DNA of 64,000 nucleotides from an uncultured delta proteobacterium (GCA_963753975.1 CAVWEH010000002.1:320001-384000), one strand, 5' to 3'. Positions 20,869-30,743 are shown, counted from the first letter of the stretch. Made by a program: numbers and translations. The notes: generated by a model not told the origin, from the sequence alone.

Positions 20869-22398
20869 ATGCAGGAGAATCGCTTTAAAGAGGCTTTATT
20901 GAATCCCCGCGTGTTCCCGGTCACCTGGGAGCTCGTGCCGGGAAGAGGTGCCCGAGAAGCAGCCCAGGAAAAGGCTCTGGCTTATGCCAAACAGGCAGCT
21001 CACGACGGGAATATCTCTGCCCTGACCGTTACAGACAATCCGGGGGGAACCCCAGCCATGTCTGCCGATTTCATGGGTGGCGAAATTCTGCAGTTGGGCA
21101 TCGAGCCCCTTGTCCATTTTACCGGTAAAGACAAGAATCGCAACCAAATCGAAAGCCAGCTTTATGCCCTGGATCGGGCAGGCGTCAGAAACCTTCTGGT
21201 CATGAGCGGCGATTACCCTGTATCCGGATACCTAGGTAGACCTGCGCCGGTCTTTGACCTTGATCCAATTCATGTCCTGCAACTGATAGAGGATATGAAC
21301 CGGGGGCTTGAGTATCAGGGAATCAAAGGCAATGTCCGTCACCAACCCAGTGATTTTTTCCCCGGAGCCGTCGTTTCTCCTTTCAAGGCAACTGAAGCAG
21401 AGCAGATGGCCCAGTATTACAAACTGAAAAAGAAGATCGCTGCCGGCGCCCAATTCATCGTTACTCAATTGGGATACGATGTCCGAAAATTTCATGAAGT
21501 GTTCCTCTTTATGAAGCAAAACCGTTTTGACATTCCGCTTATGGGAAACATTTACATCCTCCCATACAGTGCGGCGAAAATGATGAACCGCAACGAACTG
21601 CCCGGCAGCGTCGTCACGGATAAACTTCTGGCGGAACTGGATCGGGAGCGCAACGATCCCGATAAGGGAGCAGAAGCCAGGACCATGCGCGCCGCCCGAA
21701 TGTACGCGATACTGAAGGGAATGGGCTACAGCGGCGTTCATATCGGCGGACACAATATCAAATATGAACAGGTGAAAGAAATTATCCGGCAGGGAGAGGA
21801 ACTCACTTCCCGATGGACAAACTTAATCCGGCACTTCGATTATCCCCTTCCCGGCGGCTTTTATTACTTTGAGTATGATCAGAAAACAGGCCTAAATCGG
21901 GAGAAACTGACCCAACGGCAATTTCGGCCGCTCGATGCTCAAGTCGAATGTTCATACAGTTTTTCGCGGCTCTTCCATAAACTTCTGTTTGAGCCCGGAA
22001 AGAAACTTTACGGCGTTATGAGAGGACTGAGCGGCAGAGTGGCAGGAACAAAGATGGAGAACCTTTTTCACAAACTGGAACACTGGACCAAGGTCGTGCT
22101 TTTTGACTGCAAGGACTGTGGTGATTGCGCCCTCATCGATGTGGCCTACCTCTGCCCGATGTCACAATGCCCGAAGAACGAGCGCAACGGGGCCTGCGGC
22201 GGAAGCTTCGAGGGGTGGTGCGAAGTCTATCCCGGAAAGAAAAGGTGCATCTATGTGAGGGCCTATGCACGGCTGAAGAAACACGGGGAGGAAGATGAGT
22301 TAGATAAAGGTTCTATTCCGCCCTGCAACTGGGATCTTTATCAAACCTCATCCTGGATCAATTTTTATTTGGGAAAAGATCATACTTCAAAAAGGTAA
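20869..22398 (+). CDS. metF: Methylenetetrahydrofolate reductase (MetF domain) fused to a Cys-rich MetV-like C-terminal domain
   Basis: VTDNPGG, EPLVHFTGKDKNR, MSGD, KKIAAGAQFIVTQLGYD; C-terminal CKDCGDC..CPMSQCPKNERNGACGGS..CEV..CI. Confidence 0.85.
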   Translation: MQENRFKEALLNPRVFPVTWELVPGRGAREAAQEKALAYAKQAAHDGNISALTVTDNPGGTPAMSADFMGGEILQLGIEPLVHFTGKDKNRNQIESQLYALDRAGVRNLLVMSGDYPVSGYLGRPAPVFDLDPIHVLQLIEDMNRGLEYQGIKGNVRHQPSDFFPGAVVSPFKATEAEQMAQYYKLKKKIAAGAQFIVTQLGYDVRKFHEVFLFMKQNRFDIPLMGNIYILPYSAAKMMNRNELPGSVVTDKLLAELDRERNDPDKGAEARTMRAARMYAILKGMGYSGVHIGGHNIKYEQVKEIIRQGEELTSRWTNLIRHFDYPLPGGFYYFEYDQKTGLNREKLTQRQFRPLDAQVECSYSFSRLFHKLLFEPGKKLYGVMRGLSGRVAGTKMENLFHKLEHWTKVVLFDCKDCGDCALIDVAYLCPMSQCPKNERNGACGGSFEGWCEVYPGKKRCIYVRAYARLKKHGEEDELDKGSIPPCNWDLYQTSSWINFYLGKDHTSKR

Positions 22399-22469
22399 AG
22401 CAGTAGCTAAAGTTTTAGGCTAAATTTTGATATATGTTATACTAGAATCCGTTTTAAAAGTTTTTACAA

Positions 22470-22546
22470 GGGCGATTAGCTCAGTTGGATAGAGTGCTGG
22501 CCTCCGAAGCCAGATGCCGCGAGTTCGAATCTCGCATCGCCCACCA
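22470..22546 (+). tRNA. tRNA-Arg(CCG)
   Basis: GGGCGATTAGCTCAGTTGGATAGAG, anticodon arm CTGGC CT CCG AA GCCAG, GTTCGAATC, CCA end. Confidence 0.97.
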
Positions 22547-22581
22547 AAATCAAGTGCTTATTCTAAATAACGAGGCGTGGG

Positions 22582-23370
22582 TTGTCAGAATTACAAGCGG
22601 CTGTACTCGGATTGGTTCAAGGATTGGGAGAGTTTCTGCCCATATCCAGCTCGGCGCATCTGGTCATAATTCCCTGGCTTTTTAAATGGAATGATCCGGG
22701 ACTAACTTTCGATATTGCGCTCCATATCGGTACTCTTATTGCGGTGGCAATTTACTTCTGGAAAGACTGGCTGAGACTAGTCACAATGGGATTGACAGAT
22801 GTTCGCAGCACGGAGGGTCGATTGTTTTGGTATCTGGTTGCAGCCTCTATCCCGGGAGCAATAGCGGGGTTTCTGCTGGAGAAAAAAGCCGAGACCATAT
22901 TCAGAGAGCCTATTTTAATCGCGGCTATGCTGATCCTATTGGGCGTTCTTTTGTACTGGACAGACCGGAAAAGCGCCAAGAATATTGAGATGAACAATAT
23001 AACTTTCAGAACCACTCTTTTCATTGGCTTATCTCAAGCGCTGGCGATTATTCCCGGGGTTTCACGTTCGGGGATCACTATGACCATGGGATTGCTTATG
23101 GGTCTGACCAGAGAAGGGGCAGCCAAGTTTTCGTTCTTACTATCTGCTCCCATTATATTTGGCGCCGCTCTGGTCAAGCTGCCTTATCTTATATCAAATC
23201 CGTCTGCGATAACTATAAATTTTGTTATCGGTACCCTGGTCTCTTTCGTTACCGGCATCCTCAGTATTGGATTTTTACTTCGCTATGTTCAGACCAAGAA
23301 TTTTCTTCCTTTTGCCTGGTACAGATTTATATTGGGCTCTTTAGTCATCGTCATTGTCTTGATACGCTAA
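22582..23370 (+). CDS. uppP: Undecaprenyl-diphosphate phosphatase
   Basis: GLVQGLGEFLPISSSAH, PGVSRSG, FSFLL; TTG start after GAGG. Confidence 0.95.
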   Translation: MSELQAAVLGLVQGLGEFLPISSSAHLVIIPWLFKWNDPGLTFDIALHIGTLIAVAIYFWKDWLRLVTMGLTDVRSTEGRLFWYLVAASIPGAIAGFLLEKKAETIFREPILIAAMLILLGVLLYWTDRKSAKNIEMNNITFRTTLFIGLSQALAIIPGVSRSGITMTMGLLMGLTREGAAKFSFLLSAPIIFGAALVKLPYLISNPSAITINFVIGTLVSFVTGILSIGFLLRYVQTKNFLPFAWYRFILGSLVIVIVLIR

Positions 23371-23470
23371 ATCACGGGTATGAACCCCAAAGCAAGCTGC
23401 GCAAGCTGCGGGATATTCCCTCCGCTTCGCGAGATTGTTATCGCCCCGCTAAGCTGCGCACGCGGGATAA

Positions 23471-23595
23471 TTCAACTTACAGATATTACTGCACTGTGTT
23501 TGTGGAGCACCTCGGAAACGAGCCGGTGGCTATTTTCAAAGACACGACATCCTGTACGGGATAATATCTGAGTTTCATTAGAATTGGAGTTTCAC
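23471..23595 (+). repeat. ~126-nt structured dispersed repeat, copy 1
   Basis: Aligns end to end with 30907-31032 and 38632-38757; the last 38 nt are identical in all three. Confidence 0.92.
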
Positions 23596-23603
23596 AATAA
23601 AAG

Positions 23604-23769
23604 TGTAGGTATAGTGGGGGAATCCTCACTTCAATCCCGCGACTTGGGATCCCACGGCTCCGGTAACCTAAAGGTCATCTGCGACCGGAGGAGGAATGCA
23701 CCGTAACTCGCAGGAGGTCGCGTTAGTACAGGGAGCCTTTGGCTCCTGCCGAAGGGGACTCCACCTACA
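23604..23769. other. 166-nt multi-stem structured element of unknown class
   Basis: Closing TGTAGGT/ACCTACA; nested GGAATCC/GGACTCC, CTTC/GAAG, CGCGAC/GTCGCG, CTCCGGT/ACCGGAG and GGAGCC-TTT-GGCTCC stems. Confidence 0.6.
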
Positions 23770-23959
23770 AATCAAAAGTTGCATACCTGTGGGATGAAGT
23801 ATTTGTATCTTCCCGTAATGTTGATTTTCTTATTTTCCCAAATTGCACAACATTTTAATCGGAAATAATCAAAAAACTACAGAACTCTGGCTTGACATGT
23901 GGTATAAGTATCAAAGGGTAGATAAGCGGCAAACATTAGCTATTCTGAAAGGATTAGTG

Positions 23960-26041
23960 ATGGACTTCGATGAAGGTTACCGACTGGCAACCGAACACTC
24001 TAACGAGGGTGTGATTATCGTTAGCAGAGATAAGCGCCTCTTTATCAATCAGAGATTAATAGAATTGGCCGGTTATCATACCGCTCAAGAGTTTGATAAA
24101 ATACCGTTTCTTTCCACCGTTCATCCGGACGACCGGAAAAAAGTTAAAGAGATAATAAGGAAGAGACAATCGGGAAAACCTGCTCCATCGCTCTATGAAT
24201 TTAGGTTCCTCAGACCTGATGGTTCCATTATCTATGTTGAGGTCTCAGCGTGCTCCATCACCTATATGGGACAACCGGCATCACTAGGGTATTTAAGAGA
24301 CATATCTGATCGTAAACAAATAGAGGAAAAATACCGCACTATACTGGAAGATATGGAAGAGGGATATTTTGAGGTTAACCTTGCCGGTAATTTTACCTTC
24401 GTTAATGACGCGGAGTGTAGGAATCTGGGATATTCCCGGGAAGAATTGATCGGGATGAACAATCGGCAATATACAGATAAAGAGAATGCAAAAAAAGCCT
24501 TTCAAGCGTTTAGCAATCTTTACAAGACAGGAGAATCATGTGAAATTTTTGATTATGAAGTTACCAGGAAAGATGGAGCCAAGGCAATTGCTGAACTGCT
24601 TGTATCTCTTGTAAAAGATTCGAAAGGAAAGCCCATTGGATTCCGTGGACTTTCACGTCAAATCACCGAGCGCAAGCGAGCGGAGGAGTCGCTGCGAGTG
24701 AGCGAAGAGAAGTATCGTTTGGTCGTAGAGAACGCAAAGGAAGGTATCATCATCGCCCAAGATCTTAATTTGGTCTTCGTCAATCGTGCTGCTCTAGACC
24801 TGATCGAATATTCCGGAGAGCTATTAGTCAAACCTTTCACAGACTTTATCCATCCCGATGATCGTAATATGGTCGTCGATCATCATATAAGAAGGCTGAA
24901 AGGTGAGGAAGTTCCCCTTGCTTACTCTTTTCGGCTTATCAGCCGAGATGGAACCGTAAAGTGGGTTGAATTTAATACGGCTGTTATTCAATGGAAGGAA
25001 AGACCCGCTACCCTGAGTTTTCTGAATGACATCACGGCCCGCAAGCAGGCCGAGGATAAACTGCGAGAGAGCGAGGAGAGGTACCGAACCATTATTGAAA
25101 ATATGCAGGAGGGGTATTTTGAACTTGACCTTGCCGGTAATTATACATTTGTTAATGATGCGGAGTGCAGAAATATGGGATATCCCCGAGAGGAATTGGT
25201 CGGAATGAACAACCGGCAGTATCAAGATGAAACAACCGCCCAAAAAACGTATCAACTCTTCAGCAGGCTCTACAGAACAGGTGAACCGGTTAAAGCATCA
25301 GATGTGGAAATTATCAGAAAAAACGGAACGAAAGGTTTTAACGAAATTTCGGTATCTCTTATCAGGAATAACGAAGGTAAACCAATCGGATTCCGCGGTA
25401 TTTCTCGGGATATTACCGAACGCAAGCGGGTTGAGGAAGAACGTAAGCAGAGCTTTGAGCGGATGAGAAAAGCTCTGAGAGCCACTGTCCAATCCATCTC
25501 CCTGGCCGTGGAAATGAAAGATCCCTATACTTCTGGTCATCAACGGCGGGTATCCGATCTGGCCTGGTCGATTGCCGCAGAAATGGGCTTATCGGCAGAC
25601 TGCCAAGACTTTATCCGCACCGCCTCCTCTATTCACGACATCGGCAAGATAGCCATTCCGACGGAAATACTTAGCAAGCCGACAAAACTGACTGATCTGG
25701 AATTAAGTTTGATTAAAACACACGCCCAGTCCGGATATGATATTCTAAAAGACATCGAATTTCCCTGGCCCGTAGCCGATGTCGTCCTTCAGCATCATGA
25801 ACGGATGGATGGATCCGGCTATCCTCAGGGACTTAAGGGAGATGATATTCTCCTGGAGGCCCGTATCATGGCTGTGGCTGATGTGGTGGAGGCCATTGCA
25901 TCTCACCGGCCCTATCGACCGGCACTGGGAATCGATCTTGCGCTGAAGGAGATTTCCGAGAATAAGGGCATCCTTTATGACGCAGATGCCGCGGATGCCT
26001 GCCTAAAATTATTTCGGGAGAAAAGCTATCGGCTTTTATAA
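23960..26041 (+). CDS. Four-PAS-domain HD-GYP cyclic-dinucleotide phosphodiesterase
   Basis: Four PAS/PAC units; KDPYTSGHQRRV, HDIGK, HHERMDGSGYP, HRPYRP; start placed after the AAAGGA RBS. Confidence 0.92.
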   Translation: MDFDEGYRLATEHSNEGVIIVSRDKRLFINQRLIELAGYHTAQEFDKIPFLSTVHPDDRKKVKEIIRKRQSGKPAPSLYEFRFLRPDGSIIYVEVSACSITYMGQPASLGYLRDISDRKQIEEKYRTILEDMEEGYFEVNLAGNFTFVNDAECRNLGYSREELIGMNNRQYTDKENAKKAFQAFSNLYKTGESCEIFDYEVTRKDGAKAIAELLVSLVKDSKGKPIGFRGLSRQITERKRAEESLRVSEEKYRLVVENAKEGIIIAQDLNLVFVNRAALDLIEYSGELLVKPFTDFIHPDDRNMVVDHHIRRLKGEEVPLAYSFRLISRDGTVKWVEFNTAVIQWKERPATLSFLNDITARKQAEDKLRESEERYRTIIENMQEGYFELDLAGNYTFVNDAECRNMGYPREELVGMNNRQYQDETTAQKTYQLFSRLYRTGEPVKASDVEIIRKNGTKGFNEISVSLIRNNEGKPIGFRGISRDITERKRVEEERKQSFERMRKALRATVQSISLAVEMKDPYTSGHQRRVSDLAWSIAAEMGLSADCQDFIRTASSIHDIGKIAIPTEILSKPTKLTDLELSLIKTHAQSGYDILKDIEFPWPVADVVLQHHERMDGSGYPQGLKGDDILLEARIMAVADVVEAIASHRPYRPALGIDLALKEISENKGILYDADAADACLKLFREKSYRLL

Positions 26042-26225
26042 GATGCAGCTGCCAAGCCGATAGATAAAACCTAACTTAAGGACACTGAAGAGATTTTTAA
26101 TTGAGAACTTTAAAAGCAAAGATCAGGCAGAAATAAAATCACCAAACCCCACAGATAAAAAATGACGAGAATAAAAAAACAAATTTTTTTACGAAGCTTC
26201 GAGATGGGAAAGGAGAACACAAAAG

Positions 26226-27104
26226 ATGCCGGACATAGATGGAATCAAAGATGCTAAGATGTTTTATACCGATACACCGCAAAAGACAGAGGGGTTTTTC
26301 CTCAAAGGCTCGAGTTCCCTGGATTGGGGGATGAAAAACAGGCTGGCGCGGATATTTAATCCCGTCTCCGGCCGAACGGTTATGCTGGCTATCGATCACG
26401 GTTATTTCCAGGGACCCACCACCGGTCTGGAACGAGTCGATATCAATATCCTTCCTTTAGTGCCTTACGCGGATACTCTGATGCTGACACGGGGGATTCT
26501 CCGTAGCGTTATACCGCCTTCCGCATCTCCATCCATTGTGCTCAGAGTTACCGGAGGCGCCAGTATTCTCCAAGAGCTCTCCAATGAAGATATTGCCGTT
26601 GATATCGAAGAATCCATCCGTTTGAATGTTTGTGCCATGGCTGTTCAGGTTTTTATCGGGGGCGAGCACGAAAAGGAGTCGATCATCAACATGACCAGGA
26701 TGGTTGATCTCGGTACCCGTTACGGCATTCCTACTCTCGCCGTGACCGCGGTAGGCAAAAACATGGCCCGGGATGCAAAGTACTTCCGGCTGGCTTGCCG
26801 GATCTGTGCTGAGCTCGGTGCCCACTATATCAAAACTTACTATGTCGATAAAGGTTTCGAGACCATCACTGCATCCTGCCCCGTGCCAATCGTAATGGCC
26901 GGCGGCAAAAAAATACCCGAACTGGACGCCCTGACTATGGCCTCTAACGCGGTTAAGAAAGGCGCCGCCGGTGTCGATATGGGGCGCAACATTTTCCAGT
27001 CGGAAGCACCGGTTGCCATGATTAAAGCGGTGCGGGCTGTCGTCCATGACAATGAGACTCCCAAAAAAGCTTTTGATCTCTACAATACATTAAAGAATAA
27101 ATGA
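26226..27104 (+). CDS. lsrF: LsrF-like class I aldolase/thiolase
   Basis: [58 protein letters not shown]. Confidence 0.9.
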   Translation: MPDIDGIKDAKMFYTDTPQKTEGFFLKGSSSLDWGMKNRLARIFNPVSGRTVMLAIDHGYFQGPTTGLERVDINILPLVPYADTLMLTRGILRSVIPPSASPSIVLRVTGGASILQELSNEDIAVDIEESIRLNVCAMAVQVFIGGEHEKESIINMTRMVDLGTRYGIPTLAVTAVGKNMARDAKYFRLACRICAELGAHYIKTYYVDKGFETITASCPVPIVMAGGKKIPELDALTMASNAVKKGAAGVDMGRNIFQSEAPVAMIKAVRAVVHDNETPKKAFDLYNTLKNK

Positions 27105-28231
27105 AAGTTGCCTACTGGTACAACAACAAAGACATCCGGATCGAAGAAGTGCCGACTCCAAAACCCGGCCCCAAGGAGATGCTGGTCAAGGTTATTTCCT
27201 GCGGCATCTGCGGCAGCGATATTGTAGAATGGTACCGGCTCCCGCGGGCGCCGCTGGTGCAGGGGCATGAAATAGGAGCACAGGTTATCGCCCTCGGCGA
27301 TTCTGTAAATAAATATAAATTGGGTGACAGGGTATTTATCGCTCCTAAAGTGCCATGTCTGAAATGCTTTTATTGCGGAAATGGTCACTATCCTCAATGC
27401 TCTGAAATTAAAGAAAGGCTACCCGGTGGTTTTGCCGAATATATCCTGGTTCCCGAGATTCTTGTAGAGCGCGGAACATATCTACTGCCTGAAAATATTA
27501 GCTACGATCAGAGTACCTTCATTGAACCCCTGGCCTGCGTTGTCAGGGCTCAGCGGCTGGCCGGAGTTCACCCTGTTAGAGACAACGAGTGCTTCGCGAA
27601 TCCAGATGGCGGCATTAGACCAACGCAATCTGAAACTTCCAGATCAAACCTTCGGCAGGAGTCGGGGGCTTTCTCTAACGGGGTGAAAAAGGGGCAGGCT
27701 GTGATGGTCATTGGCTGCGGCATGTCCGGGCTGCTCCATATAAAGCTGGCAAAGGCTGCGGGATGTAAAGTAATCGCCGCCGACATTAATAAAGTGAAAC
27801 TGGAATTTGCCCTACGCATGGGGGCCGACGTCATCATCGATGCGGTGAATAATGTTCAGGAGCGACTGGTTCTCGAAAATGGCAAAAAAGCCGACGTCGT
27901 AATTTTATGCGCTTCGGTTGATTCCGCAGTGAAGCAGGCATGGGGATGCGTAGATAAAGGCGGCGTGATTGTACTCTTCGCTGTCCCCGGACCGGACAAG
28001 AAGATTGTCGTTCCGATCAATGATTTCTGGATGAAGGAAATCACCATCATCACTTCTTATTATTGCGGGCCTCCCGATATCGCTCACGCAATGAAGCTGA
28101 TCGAATCGGGCGAAATCGTAGTGGATGATCTGATCACGCACAGGCTTCCCTTAACCGATATCGTTTACGGTTTTCAGTTGGTATCAGACGGCCGGGAATC
28201 AATCAAAGTAATCATTAAACCCAATCAATGA
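27101..28231 (+). CDS. Zn-dependent (sorbitol/threonine-type) dehydrogenase carrying a 39-aa in-frame insertion
   Basis: CGICGSD, GHE, CLKCFYC...C, EPLAC, IGCGMSG; insertion HPVR...SNGV. Confidence 0.9.
   Translation: MKVAYWYNNKDIRIEEVPTPKPGPKEMLVKVISCGICGSDIVEWYRLPRAPLVQGHEIGAQVIALGDSVNKYKLGDRVFIAPKVPCLKCFYCGNGHYPQCSEIKERLPGGFAEYILVPEILVERGTYLLPENISYDQSTFIEPLACVVRAQRLAGVHPVRDNECFANPDGGIRPTQSETSRSNLRQESGAFSNGVKKGQAVMVIGCGMSGLLHIKLAKAAGCKVIAADINKVKLEFALRMGADVIIDAVNNVQERLVLENGKKADVVILCASVDSAVKQAWGCVDKGGVIVLFAVPGPDKKIVVPINDFWMKEITIITSYYCGPPDIAHAMKLIESGEIVVDDLITHRLPLTDIVYGFQLVSDGRESIKVIIKPNQ
27569..27685. mobile_element. 117-bp MITE-like element inserted in frame, copy 2
   Basis: TT-CACCCTGTTAGAGA ... 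TCTCTAACGGGGTG-AA (15/16 inverted match including flanks); removal restores [12 protein letters not shown]. Confidence 0.85.
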
Positions 28232-28360
28232 ACAAAGAAACTATAAAAGTCGCGAAGCCGGATTACTGACCGGGCTTGCGGGGCTGCAAAGATTAAAAAA
28301 CATAATCCTTGATTTCTTATCGAGTCTGGTATAGGAAGCACAATCACAAATTTATTGAGA

Positions 28361-28408
28361 CTCCCCTTGCCTGTGGCCGTGACCATGGGCTTTAGAGCCG
28401 AAAGGAGG
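28361..28408 (+). promoter_or_regulatory. Putative S6:S18 autoregulatory rpsF leader
   Basis: CTCCCCTT anti-SD, CCTGTGG/CCATGGG hairpin, and a CCG immediately before the AAAGGAGG SD. Confidence 0.55.
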
Positions 28409-28413
28409 AATTT

Positions 28414-28899
28414 TTGAAACGATACGAAGTTACAGCTATAGTTAAATCCGATTTACCCGATGACGATATCACCGCCCTGATCGACCGCATTCAGAAAATC
28501 ATTACCAAGCGTAAAGGTCTGATTGTTAAAATTGACAAATGGGGCAAAAGACGCCTCGCTTATGAGATCAACAAACAAAAGGACGGTTATTATTTTCTTA
28601 TCGACCTTGTTGGTGACGGTTCCATTATCGATGAAATTGAAAGAAACTATAAAATTGACGACCGCATTTTGAAATTCATTACAATAAAAAAAGAAGGTGC
28701 CGTAACTCGCGAAGGCATCGACCAGGAAATCGTAGCGGCAGAAGCAAAACGGGCTCAAGCCCGCATAGAAACCGATTCTACCGGTTCCTCTGTTGAAGAA
28801 AAAGTTATCCGTCAGATAGAAAAAGCTTCCGCCGATACAAAAGATATAAAACCACGCAGACCTTCTCCCAAAAAATCTGTTAAAAAAGACGAAAAATAA
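28414..28899 (+). CDS. rpsF: 30S ribosomal protein S6 with C-terminal extension
   Basis: MKRYE, WGKRRLAYEI, GYY; TTG start after strong SD. Confidence 0.95.
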   Translation: MKRYEVTAIVKSDLPDDDITALIDRIQKIITKRKGLIVKIDKWGKRRLAYEINKQKDGYYFLIDLVGDGSIIDEIERNYKIDDRILKFITIKKEGAVTREGIDQEIVAAEAKRAQARIETDSTGSSVEEKVIRQIEKASADTKDIKPRRPSPKKSVKKDEK

Positions 28900-28917
28900 A
28901 AAAAAGAGGAATAAGCA

Positions 28918-29187
28918 ATGGAAACAACCAACGGAGACAGACCGGTTCGACATCCCCAAAAAAAATTTTTCCATCGAAAGAAGTTTTGCCGTTTTTGCAC
29001 GGATTCGAACTTAAAAATTGATTACAAATATCCCGCCATTCTCAATAGTTTCGTAACCGAGAGAGGCAAGATTATGCCCCGTAGAATTACCGGTAATTGT
29101 TCCAGGCACCAAAGGGAGTTGGCTGTCGCGATTAAACGCGCCCGCGCTATTGCGATTATGCCTTTTGTCACCGCCGAAGGAAGATAA
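28918..29187 (+). CDS. rpsR: 30S ribosomal protein S18 (Zn-ligand form)
   Basis: [31 protein letters not shown]. Confidence 0.97.
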   Translation: METTNGDRPVRHPQKKFFHRKKFCRFCTDSNLKIDYKYPAILNSFVTERGKIMPRRITGNCSRHQRELAVAIKRARAIAIMPFVTAEGR

Positions 29188-29202
29188 AAGAAATTTACAG
29201 AT

Positions 29203-29248
29203 TAAGCTGTCGGCCTTTTCCGGCAACGAAAAAGGCCGGCTAACTTTT
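29203..29248 (+). terminator. Possible intrinsic terminator/attenuator after rpsR
   Basis: GTCGGCCTTTT/AAAAGGCCGGC stem followed by T-rich sequence. Confidence 0.45.
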
Positions 29249-29267
29249 AATTTTCTAAGCAGTCACA

Positions 29268-30251
29268 TTGAGCAGGTTATCGATTTTGAAAACTTCCGGC
29301 AGCTTCTTTCTCCATAATCCCTTTCTCAGAATTTTATTAATTATTTTTTTTTCTGTAGCGGCGGCGGCTTTCGTTCCGATTTTCGGCTCTATTTTTCTTC
29401 TATTTCTCCCGCTGCTTTTGTTTTTTTGCGGCGTGTCCAAAGGCATGGTTAAATCATCAGGCGCTTTGCTGATTTCTTTACTACCGCTTTTTCTCCTTTC
29501 TCATTTTTTTCAATTTGATACACTTTATCTCGCAATATTAACGACGGGAATTGCCGGTATTTTAATTGCCGCGTTAGTTTTTAAAAATGTATCTATCGAA
29601 AAAACGGTACTTTATACTTCCCTTTTTATCATCACATCCATCTGTGCTTATTTCGTTTATGGCGGTTATAGCCAAAATATTAACCCGTGGCATCTCGTTC
29701 AAAAATTTGTTACCCAAACAGTTGAAGAAAACATAAAAATGTATTCCCTGCTTACCACCGACAAAGATTACATTAATTTTATAAATGACAACAAGCAGAC
29801 CATAATCAATTTCTTCACCGGCATTTTTCCTTCTTTAGTTATCGTCGCTTCCGCTTTTATTGTCTGGATTAACATGCTCATGGGAAGAGATTTGCTGCAC
29901 AGGCAAAGCATTTTATTTCCTCAGTTGGAAGGCTTATCCCGCTGGAAAGCTCCGGAATTTATGATCTGGATATTTATCGTCTCCTGCGCCCTCCTTTTTG
30001 TTCCCTTTGAGCAAATAATCATTTTCAGCCGGAACATATTGATTGTGACTTGTTTTGTCTATTTACTGCAAGGCTTTGCTATCATTAGCTTCCTTTTCCA
30101 AAACAAAAAGGTGCCGTATTTTTTTCGTTATCTTTTTTACTTTTTAATTGCAGTTCAGCAAATTCTTATGATACCAATAATGGTCGCCGGAATATTCGAT
30201 ATTTGGATCGATTTCAGGAGATTTTTTCAAAAAGACGAGACAACTACTTGA
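29268..30251 (+). CDS. DUF2232/YybS-family membrane protein
   Basis: Polytopic; YLLQGFAI and GIFDIWIDFR motifs; usual position between rpsR and rplI; start uncertain. Confidence 0.85.
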   Translation: MSRLSILKTSGSFFLHNPFLRILLIIFFSVAAAAFVPIFGSIFLLFLPLLLFFCGVSKGMVKSSGALLISLLPLFLLSHFFQFDTLYLAILTTGIAGILIAALVFKNVSIEKTVLYTSLFIITSICAYFVYGGYSQNINPWHLVQKFVTQTVEENIKMYSLLTTDKDYINFINDNKQTIINFFTGIFPSLVIVASAFIVWINMLMGRDLLHRQSILFPQLEGLSRWKAPEFMIWIFIVSCALLFVPFEQIIIFSRNILIVTCFVYLLQGFAIISFLFQNKKVPYFFRYLFYFLIAVQQILMIPIMVAGIFDIWIDFRRFFQKDETTT

Positions 30252-30290
30252 TAATTTTGCCACTATTACTTTCACCAACGGAGGGGTTTC

Positions 30291-30743
30291 ATGAAGATAA
30301 TTTTGAAACAGAGCGTGTCTTCTTTGGGCAAGGCCGGGGATTTAATCAAAGTACATGACGGTTATGCCCGCAACTATTTGATTCCCAAGGGCTTAGCCCT
30401 AGAAGCCAATGAAAAGAATATTAAATCCTTTGAGCATGAGAAAAGGAATATTCTGCAAAAAGCCGAAAAGGAGTACAAAGGCGCTGAAGACTTGGCTTTG
30501 GTTTTAGCCAATGTCACCCTTTCCTTTTCACGCAAAATCGGCGATCAGGATAAAATCTTCGGTTCGGTGACAACAAAAGACATCGAAGAAGCGCTGAAGG
30601 AAAAAGGTTACAATATTGACCGCAAAATGATTATCCTTCACGAGCATATAAAATCACTAGGCGAATTCAAGGTAAAAATCAAGTTGACAGCCGGTGTGGA
30701 AACTGAAATCAATTTAACCGTTATTGGCGAATCACAGGTATGA
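30291..30743 (+). CDS. rplI: 50S ribosomal protein L9
   Basis: MKIILK..LGKAGD..V.DGYARNYLIP, FGSVT, IKSLGEF. Confidence 0.97.
   Translation: MKIILKQSVSSLGKAGDLIKVHDGYARNYLIPKGLALEANEKNIKSFEHEKRNILQKAEKEYKGAEDLALVLANVTLSFSRKIGDQDKIFGSVTTKDIEEALKEKGYNIDRKMIILHEHIKSLGEFKVKIKLTAGVETEINLTVIGESQV

Noticed and set aside
22485..23571. ORFs 22485-22685 and 23380-23571
   Set aside because: They overlap the tRNA-Arg/uppP start and the repeat element respectively, so they are incidental frames.
23604..23960. c-di-GMP (GEMM) riboswitch upstream of the HD-GYP gene
   Set aside because: No GGCAAA/GAAA/GCAAA P1-P2 pattern is recognisable; the CCTAAAGG word belongs to the dispersed 22-bp unit.
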